From NCBI GenBank assembly GCA_030704615.1, contig CM060734.1, positions 33,108,001 to 33,172,000 of the forward strand: a stretch of DNA of 64,000 nucleotides. The letters run 5' to 3'. Position numbers and translations under genes: made by a program. Shown here piece after piece: positions 47,590-58,925 of the stretch; positions within the stretch are counted from its first letter, which is position 1, and each line of letters opens with the position of its first letter. The stretch is from Takakia lepidozioides. Taxonomy: Eukaryota; Plantae; Bryophyta. The notes below the pieces were generated by a model. The model was not told the DNA's origin and did no database searches. It saw nothing but the letters and a program-made list of their open reading frames with translations.

Positions 47590-50050
47590 ACCCCCGAATG
47601 GAAATTCGGCACCCAATACCCAACAGGGGCCGCACGGATGAAGTCGTTTGGGGCAGAGATGCCGGCACCTGTCCGACAGAAAACATCCCCGGATGGAAAT
47701 TCAGCGCCGAATTTCCATTCGGATCCACCCAAAGGAAGTCCTATCGGGGGGTCAGGCCGAAAACTGGCCGACCTAAAAACCTCCGCGGATGGAAAAACGG
47801 CGCCGAATTTCCATCCGAGGCCTTTCGGATGCAGTCGGCTCGGGGGAAAGGCCGCCATCTGGCCTCACATTACAACCCCCGGACGGAAATTCCGCACCGA
47901 ATATACAACAGGGGAAGCCCGGATGAAGTCGCCTCGGGCGCAGAGGCCGGCGCGTGTGCGACAGAGAACATCCCCTGGATGAACATTCGGCGCCGAATTT
48001 CCATCCGGCCCCCCCCAAGGAAGTCGTGTCGGGTGGTCAGGCCGAAAACTGGCCGGCATAAAAAAACGACGCCGAATTTCCATCCGGGGCGGTTCGGATG
48101 CAGTCGGGGAGGGGGGAGAGGCCGGCACCTGGCCGTCACATTTCAACCCCCGGACGGAAATTCGGCACCGAATATCCAACAGGGGACGCCCGGATGAAGT
48201 CGCCTCGGGCGTAGAAGCCGGCACGTGTTCGACAGAGAGCATCCCCTATATAGAGATTCGGCGCCGAATTTCCATCCGGGCCCCCCAAAGGAAGTCGTGT
48301 CGGGGGGTCAGGCCGAAAACTGGCCGACATAAAAACCTCCCCAGATGGAAAAACAGCGCCGAATTTCCATCTGGGGCCGTTCCAATGCAGTCAGGGAGGG
48401 GGGAGAGGCCGGCACCTGGCCGTCATATTTCAACCCCCGGACGGAAATTCGGCACTGAATATCCAACAGAGCGGCGGAGAGGCCGGCACCTCTCCGGCAG
48501 AGACCATCCCCCGGATGGAAATTCGGCGCCGAATTTCCATCGGGGCCCCCTCAAAGGAAGTCGTAAAAACCTCCCAGAATGGAAAAACGGTGCCGAATTT
48601 TCGTCCGAGGCTGTTCCGATTTGCCTCTAGCAGTCAAGGATTCCAAGAAAAAAGTGTCTACAAGTGCACTTCAGCCACAAAACAAACAGTTAGGTTTGTT
48701 TTTCTCCGAAAAATCAATCGGACACGCTCAGAATTACCTGCAGGAAGGTAATTCAGCGCTTCAAAATACCTGGCGAATGGAAATTCGGCGCCGAATTTCC
48801 GTCCGAGGCTGTTCCGATTTGCCTCTAGCAGTCAAGGATTCCAAGAAAAAAGTGTCTACAAGTGCACTTCAGCCACAAAACAAACAGTTAGGTTTGTTTT
48901 TCTCCGAAAAATCAATCGGACACGCTCAGAATTACCTGCAGGAAGGTAATTCAGCGCTTCGAAATACCTGGCGAATGGAAATTCGGCGCCGAATTTCCGT
49001 CCGAGGCTGTTCCGATTTGCCTCTAGCAGTCAAGGATTCCAAGAAAAAAGTGTCTACAAGTGCACTTCAGCCACAAAACAAACAGTTAGGTTTGTTTTTC
49101 TTCGAAAAATCAATTGGACACGCTCAGAATTACCTGCAGGAAGGTAATTCAGCGCTTCGAAATACCTGGCGAATGGAAATTCGGCGCCGAATATCCATAC
49201 ACCAGCGATCCAACTTACCTGCTGGATGGAAATTCGGCGCCGGATCTCCATTCATCCGGGATTCGAATTACCTGCAGGATGGAAATTCGGCGCCGAATCT
49301 CCATCCATCCGCTCTCCGACCAACCTTGCGGATGGAAATCCGGCGCCGGATTTCCATCCATCCGCCTCCGAATTACCTACTTGAGGGAAATTTCGCGCGC
49401 CGCCCTACCTGCGCGGATGGAAATCCGGCGCCAGATTTCCATCCATCCGCTTCTGAATTACCTGCGTGAAGGAAATTTCGCGCGCCGCCCTGCGCGGATG
49501 GAAATCCGGCTCCGGATTTCCATCCATCCGCTTCCGAATTACCTGCGTGAGGGAAATTTCGCGCGTCGCCCTACCTGCGCGGATGGAAATCCTGTGCCGG
49601 ATTTCCATCCATCCGCTTCCGAATTACCTGCGTGAGGGAAATTTCGCACGCCGCCCTACCTGCGCGGATGGAAATCCGGCGCCGGATTTCTATCCATCCG
49701 CCTCGGAATTACCTGCGTGAGGGAAATTTCGCGCTCCGCCTTACCTGCGCGGATGGAAATCCGGCGCCGGATTTCCATCCATCCGCTTCGGAATTACCTG
49801 CGTGAGGGAAATTTGGCGCGCCGCCCTACCTGCGCGGATGGAAATCCGGCGCCGGATTTCCATCCATCCGCTTCTGAATTACCTGCGTGAGGGAAATTTC
49901 GCGCGCCGCCGTACCTTGCAGGATGGAAATCCGGCGCTGGATTTCCATCCTGCTGCGCTCCGAATTACCTGTAGGATGGAAATCCGGCGCCAGATTTCCA
50001 TCCTGCAGCGCTCCGAATTACCTCTACGTTGGAAATTCCGGGCAGAGTTC
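47590..50050. repeat. Composite tandem array (~270-290-bp, 198-bp and ~85-bp units) built around the palindrome GGAAATYCGGCGCCGRATTTCC
   Basis: Perfect 28-bp palindrome at 48514-48541 and perfect 30-bp palindrome at 49330-49359. The 198-bp unit occurs three times from ~48590, and ~85-bp units span 49330-50000. Confidence 0.95.
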
Positions 50051-50960
50051 CGTCGATTTTCATTCGACATGGAGGGCTTCATCCGACATTTAATTGCGCA
50101 GTTGGGCAATAAATGTCCACCGCCATCCGTTTTCATTCGGGCTGGCGACACATGGCTTCCTGGATACGTACCCTAAATCTGATGTTTGGCTTAACATGCT
50201 ATTCGAGGCATGTACCCCAAAAACGGAGATCTTTTTCCATTTTGGCTGGGACTTATGCCGCCTGAAGGGCGTGGCTCTCCTGAGAGAGACCTCACATCCA
50301 GACCGCGGCGGAAGTTGAAAGCTCTGTACTACGGACGACGGCCAATAACTCGCATGGCCAAACTGAAGCTCCAGCAGGAGATTCCAGTGTCTTGCTCACA
50401 ACCCGCGCCAACTGAAGCCGAGTACTCTCAGGCAAGCCACTTCTGCTTTCGCTTTGTTCGATTTCGATTTTGCTTTCGCTTTCGCTTTCGCTATGTTGCC
50501 TCGCTTTGTTTTTGCATCTTCATACTGGCTTCGCTGGATGAGTGAACCTTAGATAATTGAGTGAACCTTAGATTGTTTGCAATGCGTGTGCAAATCCGGC
50601 AACTCTGGAGAAGGCTGCTTGTGCATGTCATTCTCAGGCAATGGTTGCATTTGTTTTCATTGTTGTTGCATGGCTCTCCATACTTCCTAAACTTGTCATG
50701 TTTTCATTTTTGTTACACGATTGTTGCTATGGTGGTTGCGATGCTGGTTTTGGCACCGATGTTGGTTCTCACGATTTTGGGAATGACAGAGTGACGACGA
50801 GCCCGGCACGCCGGTGGTATCATCGACTGCTGCAACTCATCGCATGTTTGAACCGCCCACCTTGGAGCAAGAGGGCAAACTTCAACCTTTTGTTGGTGGA
50901 TGAGATGACCTGCAGCGAGAGTACGACAGAATAGGCATTGGGGAGGTTGGTGCAGGCCTC

Positions 50961-52158
50961 ATGGCAGGTGAAGGGCGTGAGGAAGTGAGAACAGCAGATC
51001 CGGCAATGGAGGTTGTTGATGCAGAAGCAGTAGGGCCCGTCCAAGCAAAGAAGAAGAAGAAAGCCAAGCACGTGCAATCCCCGGCGCGAGAGCCGTCACG
51101 GGCTGCGGAGGGGGGAGTTCGCAGTGCGCGCGAGGGTGTCAGTTCGCCTACCTCAAAGGTGGTCGTTCATCCGGGCTCCCCTGCTGCTAGCCCTAATAAG
51201 AAACAGAAAGCCCGTGAGAGGGCAAAAGAGAGGGCAAAAGAACAGGCAAGACACAAGGCTAGCCAGGAGGAAAGAGAAAAGGCCACTGAAGAGGCTAGGG
51301 GTTCCGAACTGACAGATTCCCATGTAAGTGAGGGACGCACAGAGACGGTGGATCCCTCCAAGACACCACAAAGCGGCAGCAACACACCGGTTAGACCATC
51401 GCGGGCAAGAAGTAGCCCCTGCAATTACCCATACGGTGGAGAGTGGAGGAAAGGAAAGAACACCAGAAAGAGCACGGATTGTGCAAGTTCGAGGTGAAGC
51501 CAGGGAGAGGGCAGTAGAGACGGGGAGAGTGCTGGAGGTGGTTTCGCAGGTGGCTGACCCTGTTGAGGAGGACGACATGGAGCTTTCTGACCAGGATGAC
51601 ATCCTCCCGGACATCCCCAGGCCCCAAACCCGGAGCATACAGGCTGGATTTGGCGGTCCTGGTGGGCTGCCAGAAAACCCCTCTGCAGCAGACGTCATGT
51701 CTGAGGCGGATATGAAGTTGGCCGTTGCCAAGATGTTGGAGGCAACCCACAGCAACATTGGCAGGGTGCTGGGGGGCATGGTGTACCCGGCCAAGCTTCG
51801 AATTCCCCTTTGCCGCTTGGTGTCATTGCAGGTGGTGAGACCTGCCCTCCCAGGCGATATCGACAAGCTGAAATTCTCTTTCCGGGATGGATATCGAATG
51901 GGTTCTGCCGCGTTTTACGTTTCCATTGAGAACGACCACGGAGCTTCCCGTGCCCACACTTCCGATGAGGTGGACAAATGGGGTCCCCATTGGCAAACGC
52001 GAAACGAGGAGTTCGAGAGATCGATTGCTAGTGATCCTCTTTTCCAGCACTTGTCCGGTAAGATGTTCTACGTGTGGGACGGCAATCATCGCCTCCTGGC
52101 ATGGATGGAGCATATTGCCCAAGCCCACCCCAACGACCTCGAAATGCCAAAAAAATAA
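50961..52158 (+). pseudogene. ParB/sulfiredoxin-like domain protein with a charged low-complexity N-terminus and NLS-like KKKKKAK; frameshifted near 51.4 kb and truncated at ~52145
   Basis: RIPLCRL..VRPALPGDIDKLKFSFRDGY..FYV..KMFYVWDGNHRLLAW follows the ParB/Srx pattern R..L..S..G..V..(D)GxHR..A. The DGNHR motif is at 52078-52092. Confidence 0.7.
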
Positions 52159-52270
52159 TATAATAAAGAAACTTGGATTTCTTCATAATCCAAGATAATC
52201 AGGGTAATTTGAGGTGTACTATCTATACATGGAAAAAAACAGGAAAAAAAAAACAAGGAAAAAAAAACCC

Positions 52271-54385
52271 CGTCTCGCCATGAAACTTCTTGGCCTTAGC
52301 TATGCCAAACTTCAGGCGGATCAGCCTGAAACCCAAATCCTGGCTTTGCTAGCGAAATGGATCCCTAGATTCCGGGGACCTGAGGGAGGCATCTGGAAAT
52401 TTTGGGTGTTTGACAATATTGTCATTTCCTCTCCACTGAGTGCAGTACAATGGAGGCCCTCTCTCAGATGGATCACTCGGGGTTTCAAGCTCAAACAAGT
52501 GGGCTCCGCGCTCTCGACTAACATTTGGCTGGTTTGGGGAAGATTTAGGCAGTTTTTGATCAAGTCTCCCCCTGCCTCATTCTACGAGATTCTCAGACAA
52601 CATCTGTTCCTTAACACCAACAAAGCCAACAACCCTAGAAAAAAACCAGTCCAGACGATGGTCAGTCTGGGACCGTCTTGGGATCAGCCAAATCCACAAT
52701 ATCTGGTCCTTGAATGAAGGGCCCGGACGCTCTCCCCCAAACCCTTGGCCCAGCAAGAATTAAAGCTGGTTACCAACGGGTTATTCAATCCTTGCCGCCA
52801 CTGTGGGTCAACACTCTCCGAACAGGCCCAACATCCCTTCCTATACCGCAGTGGGCATTGGTTATTCTTCACAACAATCTTTCCATTCTCTTTGTCACTG
52901 ATTCCAATTCTCATTATTCAGTTTACATCTTTAGTATAGACCCTATCTCGTTAACCCTCTCTCTCTCTTCAACAATTCCCCTGCATATCCCTATCACCCC
53001 TCTCACCCCAGTTCGGATCTGCGGTTGGTCCATGCCGGGTAAGCCATTGGACCCGCAACCAGACCTCCTCACCCCTCTGGAGCAATGGCTTTCGAGAAAT
53101 ACCTTTGTCTGGATATTGGGTCGCCCGCTGGCAGAAATGGACCTGGACCCTTTCAAATGGTCGTGGAAGTTCAAAAGATCTCCTGAGTCTTTTTTTGCTT
53201 ACTCCACGAAGAAGGGCTATAGAGCCCTCTCCAACTTTCAAAGCCTAAATGCTAACTGGGAGGCTAGATCGGATCTCTATGGCTTTAGCAATGAGAACTG
53301 GTCTGCAATCTGGAGTTCTGTTTGGATCAAATCACGCATAGCCAAAATATCGGCATTCCTCTGGCAGATAGTCAATAGAGTGTTAAAAGTGGGAGAGTGG
53401 CTACAGTTCCAGGAAACTATCCTTTGCAGTTGTTGTCCAGCAAACATCCTGGAATCTTTGAAGCATTGCCTTCTCTTCTGTCATGGTCTTGCTCTAGTGA
53501 AAGTCTTTTACAGTTATTGGGACAACAAACCTCTACTGTCGCTTCATATCCTGCTTAACTATGATCAGCACTTCAAGAAAAAGGCCTTTGACTGTCTAGT
53601 TTTTGAGACTTTACGTAGCTCCACTCTCTGGCACTTGTGGAAGGCCCGTTGCAAGAAATCCTTCTCTAGAGAGACTTCCACCATCTAATCTGTTCTCTCT
53701 AGTGTTTTCTATGATCTAGGAATAGAATCAAGAAAAGCTTGGTCCAAAACTTGTGTAGATATCGTGCGAAACTCGGCGGGTGCAGTCGCCATCCATGCTA
53801 ACTTTCAGGCCACTTGGGGCAAGCATGGCTTTATCTGCTTCTCCCCTAGGCAGGACACCTGTATCTGGACAGAGCAACCCCCCCAATGTTGGCGAGATCA
53901 CCGAGCGACACTGCATTGTGTCCCCTGAGTTCGAAAGGGAGGTGAACTGGAAACACCTTAAGCCATCATCGACAGCTTCCAGGCTTCAGTACCGTTAGGG
54001 AACCTCTAAGTTGGCTTCCGGGCTTGCAATAACTACTCTTCAAATAGTGTCATTCTCTTAGCTGTGCTTCGGCCCACCTTTGCTTCAAGTTGCTTTTCCC
54101 ATGCCCTCACATCCCTACGTAATCGTTCTAGGTGGTAACAAGGCAGAGCAACGTCTCTATTCTAGGACCACATCTTCATATCTGTAGTCACCAGTTCTTG
54201 TCCAGTTCTTGTCTTTTTGAGCGTCGAGTTCATCTCTCTGCGGAGAGGAAGGGTTCTTTATTCACTGAAATCAGTGTGTGCGCCTCATGGCGTAATCGGG
54301 GTTTTAATTTTTTTCCCCACAATAATTTACAATAAAGTTCTATCAGGGCTACTAACCCCCTGTTCTGGGAAAAAAAAAAAAAAAC
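52271..54385 (+). mobile_element. 3' part of an L1/Tx1-type LINE (post-RT region, zf-RVT, 3' UTR, poly(A))
   Basis: LLAKWIPRF; 52714-53688 is homologous to 40170-41050 (FVWILGRPLAEMD, KISAFLWQIVNRVLKVGE, LVFETLRSSTLWHLWK). The 3' UTR motif matches 41520-41580, and poly(A) lies at 54370-54384. Confidence 0.88.
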
Positions 54386-54451
54386 AAAGACAAAATAATG
54401 TTTTGCCAACCAAGTAGTTTTGACCTTGTATGTACCAATAAAAAACACCCA

Positions 54452-54686
54452 CCAACAGTCAGTAGCTCAGTTGGTTAGTGCACTGAGTGCCACCCAGATG
54501 ATTCTGGGGTCAAATCCTGCTACTTGACGGGTGTGGTATACTCTTCTCTCCCTTCCCTGGGCAGTGTCCCATTTCTCAGCCTCCATGGCACGGTTAATGT
54601 GGAAGAGGTTATTTTCTCCTCTCACGGCCTGATTTGTGAGCTGTCGCTCCCAGGTGTTTCCCTTAAAAAAAAAAAAAAAAAAAAAA
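54452..54686 (+). mobile_element. tRNA-derived SINE, copy 2
   Basis: A box TAGCTCAGTTGG at 54463-54474, B-box-like GGGTCAAATCC at 54507-54517, and a 22-nt poly(A). The 3' end ggcctga..gtgagc.gtc.ctcccaggt..ttcc.tta is shared with SINE 1. An imperfect TSD aaaaa(c)accca flanks it. Confidence 0.82.
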
Positions 54687-55293
54687 CCCAGACTTCGCCC
54701 ACGAAGTCCAAGAGTTATACCAGAATTTAAAAAGTGGATAGGTGTACTCACATGAGCAGACTTTTGGAAAGTTTCGTAATTTGTCTGCGTGTGCACAATT
54801 TAGCATCTTTAAAACATATTCAACAAACATTCGTTTATGCTTGCCAGTGTGAGCCTGCCCACATGCCACCCAACCTCGTTGTAAGGGACCTTACTGTTGT
54901 GAGATGAATGTCTAAAACAAGTGTTAACTGCATGTATGGGTAGTGAACAGGGTTGGTGTGAATGCCACTTCGGACTCCAATAAGATGATTGCCAGGGGAC
55001 CAACTTGTCATCCAAGTTGTCCGAAGGGGCCAAGATGGAGGAGCCATAATTTTCTCCTTTGGACAGTATAGCCTGTTCTGGGTGGCTAGAGCATGGCAAT
55101 ATGTGAGTACTCCTGCACTGCTGCCCTTGGCTGCACCCATCCAGTCACCCTGTTTTGAAGAAGAGTAAATCAGGCAGGGAGAAAATGACAAAGAAAGGGA
55201 AGAGAGTTTTGCATCCAGTGATTTACAGAGCACTACACAGCCATCGAGGGGCCCATGGGTTCTGTGACACACTGCCAAAGACCTCCAAATGCC

Positions 55294-57743
55294 TTAAAAG
55301 TTATTTGATTTTGCTTGGAACTGATTGGCATCCCTTGCAACAATTTCACGCCCAACAATCTTGGAGATGAACTTGGCGGCAGTGTGGCAGTCACCACATA
55401 CCCGAAGGTTGTTCATTATGCGGATAGTTGTCCCTGGGGGTGTGCTTATGAGCCCAAAAGCAATGGCAAGCTTTTCACTATGGTAGCAGAGAGCCTGTTC
55501 CTTTGTTTCTAAATCCAAATCCCTCCTTTTTCACACCTGTCCTCCATTGCTTTTCTCACCTGTGCTACATCATCCCACCTGCCAGCCATAGAATATACGT
55601 TGGAAAGCACCAGATATGCTGCAACATTGTGCGGTTCCAACTTGAGGAGACATTCTGTGGCACGCTCTGCTAGCTTCACATTGCCATGAATTGTGCAAGC
55701 ACCAAGCAAGGCGCCCCACACTAGAACTTGTGGTTCAACTTGCATGTTGTTGATAAAATCCTCCGCATCTTCCAAGCGCCCTGCACGTCCAAGAAGGTCA
55801 ACCATGCAGCTATAATGCTTGTCAGTTACCGTGATGCCATGATCTTGAGTCATAGAAAGGAAGTAATGATGGCCTTCATCTACTAGGCCCACATGGCTGC
55901 ATGCAGAGAGAACACCAATGAAGGTAACCCCGTTTGGCATCACCCTTTCCTGTTGCATCTGTTCAAAAAGTTGGAGGGCCTCCTTGCCATCCCCATGCTG
56001 AGCATATCCAGTGATCATCGCCGTCCATGAGACCACATCTCTTTTGAGGATTTTGTTAAACACTTGCCGTGAATTGTACACACTCCCGCATTTGGCATAC
56101 ATGTCAACTAGAGCAGTCCCAACACAGGCATCTGACTCACAACCCGATTTGATGATATGCCCGTGGACTGACATGCCCTTTTCCAGGGCTGCTAGGTTGG
56201 CACATGAATTGAGGATGCTCATGAAAGTGACCTTGTTTGGCTTCACACCTTGATGGTGCATCTGCTTGTAGAGGTCAAATGCCTCTTCATCCTGCCCGTG
56301 TTGAGCAGATCCTGCAATCATGGCATTCCAAGAGACCACATCTCGATGATGCATTTTGTCAAATACCAGGCGCGCTTCGCCAATACTTCCGCAATTGTAA
56401 TACATGCTGACAAGGGCGTTCCCCACTTGAAGATCTGACTCCAACCGAGCTTTGATGACATACACATGGAGCCACTTGGCCTGTTCCAGAGCTGCTGGAT
56501 TGGCACATGCGTTGAGGAGGCTGATGAAAGTGATCCTGTCTGCCTTTATACCTTCTCGTTGCATTTGCCGAAAGTGGTCACAAGCCGCCTCACAATAACC
56601 ATGCTGAGCAAGTCCTGCAATTATCGCATTCCAGGAGACCACATTTCGTTTAAGCATTTTGTCAAACACACGGCGGGCGTCCACCACACTCCCGCACTTG
56701 AAATACATGCTGACAAGAGAAGTCCCTACATACACATCTGACTCAAATCCAGCTTTGATTACGCCTACATGGAGCTGCTTGCCCTGTTCCAAAGCTGCTG
56801 GGCTGGTACAAGCGTTGAGTATGCTAACGAAGGTGACCTTATCTGCCTTCATGCCTTTGCTTTGCATCTGCCAAAACAATTTGAAAGCCTCCCCACCCTG
56901 ACCATGCTGAGCAGATCCTGCAATCATCGCAGTCCATGACACCACATTTCGCTCAGGCATTTTGTCGAACACTCGGCTCGCCTCAACCAAACTTCCACAT
57001 TTGCAATACATGCTGACAAGTGCAGTGCCCACAAAGACATCCGACTCAAATCCAGCTTTAATGATACTCCCATGAAGCCGCTTGCCCTGTTCCAGAGCTG
57101 CTGGGCTGACGCAAGCCTTCAGGATGCTGACGAAAGTGACCTTGTCAGGCTTCACACCTGCTCGTTGCATTTGCCAAAAGAGGTCAAACGCTTCTGCGTT
57201 ACGGCCTTCCTGAGCCAGCCCTGCAATCATAGCAGTCCACGAGATCACATTCCGTTCGGGCATTTTGTCAAACACTTGGAGCGCATCGTCAAGACTCCCG
57301 CACTTGCAGTACATGCTTACAAGGATATTTCCTAGGAGAATGTCTGGCTCGAATCCACTTTTGATGATGTGGGCATGAATTCCTTTGACATCTGCCAGAG
57401 CCTTCGTCCTAGCACACCCCTGCAAAAGAGAAATACATGTGTCGGAGTATGCCTGAAAGCCTCGTTTCTGCATCAGATCCAGTGTCACCACCTCCGTCAA
57501 TTCTTCTTCCTTGCAAACAGTGCTCAAATCCCTGCTACTTCCCCAAGGGTGATTGATGCTTTCCTCCCACACGTGTCTTTGCCTTTGTGGTATATAGAAA
57601 ACAGCAGTGATAGTGGCCTTGCTCCCATTCTTGATGCCGGACAAACAACTGGGACGCCGTAAACAAACTCCGAGTTGTAGACAAACAACTAGGATGCCGC
57701 TGGTAAGTCGGTATGTATAATATGTCATGAATGTAGTGGCCAA
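55294..57743 (-). CDS. PLS-E class PPR protein (744-codon ORF 55509-57743) followed by an out-of-frame, truncated DYW remnant (55294-55518)
   Basis: PLS triplets and E1/E2 are intact. A frameshift at DRCEKG coincides with deletion of the PG box/E+ region. The downstream frame has [25 protein letters not shown] but lacks HHF..CSC.DYW. The start codon is uncertain. Confidence 0.85.
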
Positions 57744-58872
57744 CCTTGATAGATACTCCAGGAGCTGTAGGGCAGTGAGCTAGAGGGCACTGATCACCAT
57801 GGCTTCCCCACCAATCGAGTACCCCTCTATCGGCCCTGCCAAGAAAAAACCAGATGGAAATTCCCATGAAGGCTGTCCCTGCATCCAGAGCAGCCGTAGT
57901 TGGAGCTTCCACCAAGATTTTCGGTAGCGGACAATAAAGCAATTGAAAATTGTTTCCACTGTACGCTTCATGATGGTTTTGATAGCTGACCCAGGAGATA
58001 TGAATTGGGTCCCATGTTGCTGTACCGAATCCAAGTTGCATGAGGAAGGAATTCGTCGCGAACCAAACAGGGAGTGGTGCAAGAATCCCACCCGACTTGA
58101 AGATGAACCAGTTCAGCTTGCTGCATATGCTACGTGAAAATAGGTCAAAATTAGGTCAAAATAAGCTGCCTTAGGGAGGTGGGACGGTAGTATGTGTGAT
58201 ATACCTATGCTGTGCATTTTAAGATGAGGGATGAGGGCTTCGATGAGGGATAATTCAAAATCTGAAGAGCTCCGCCAAAGTTCTACAGAGACAAAAGTAT
58301 CTGGGCAGATCTCGCAGATGCAGGATACGAAAGAAAAAGAGGCGAAGTTTGTTTCCACATTCTGCATAATGCAACCCGAATTGCTTGTAGCCATGTCGCT
58401 TTTTGTCTCTAGACCATTTCCCCCTCCAATCTGCAGCTTTTGTTAGCCAACACGGGACCGCTCGTGAGGGCTGTAGAAGATTCTTGGAGAGGTAGAATGC
58501 GGGTAGGCGACGTGGCTGCTGTTGTACGCGTGAAGCCATGCTGCTTATTTGAAGCTCCTGCCAAACTATCTGTCATTCCTTCCTGCTGCGATGTTGAACC
58601 AAAACCTACGATTGCTGTTAGCCAATGTAGCACTTGAAGTGTGATCACACAAAAAGGTTCGAATCTTCAACGCAAATCTAGAATTTCAGTTGAATATAAG
58701 ACTCGGCTTATAAGGAGTTGAGGAAAGGGGGGAAGGGAACGCAGTTCAACGTCCAAGCGAAGAATATCAAAATGTGGACATCGACAAATTTTTGAGAACG
58801 TCATAGAAGTGCTTGCACCCGAAAATTGAAGTTCTCTGCTTATGTCCAGATGCTTCAAGCTTACAGATATGA

Positions 58873-58925
58873 GGTGAAACTGGTGAAACTGGTGAAACTG
58901 GTTCTTCTTCGAGTGAAACTGGTGA
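58873..58925. repeat. 9-bp minisatellite GGTGAAACT
   Basis: Three tandem copies plus one nearby copy. Confidence 0.8.

Larger units (their letters stand above)
43100..52160. mobile_element. Large Mutator-like (MULE) DNA transposon with two divergent genes and palindromic repeat arrays; termini not resolved
   Basis: A CpG-rich block sharply distinct from its flanks. The same GAAATTCGGCGCC motif occurs in arrays at 43.1-43.6 kb and 47.6-50.05 kb. It carries a transposase on the minus strand and a ParB-like ORF on the plus strand. Confidence 0.75.

Noticed and set aside
47590-50050. CRISPR-like array of palindromic repeats
   Set aside because: The spacers are themselves repeated rather than unique, spacing is irregular, there are no cas genes and the context is eukaryotic.
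47464-50176. ORFs such as 48579-49469 (MEIRRRIS repeats)
   Set aside because: These are translations of the tandem palindrome array and appear on both strands; there is no independent coding evidence.
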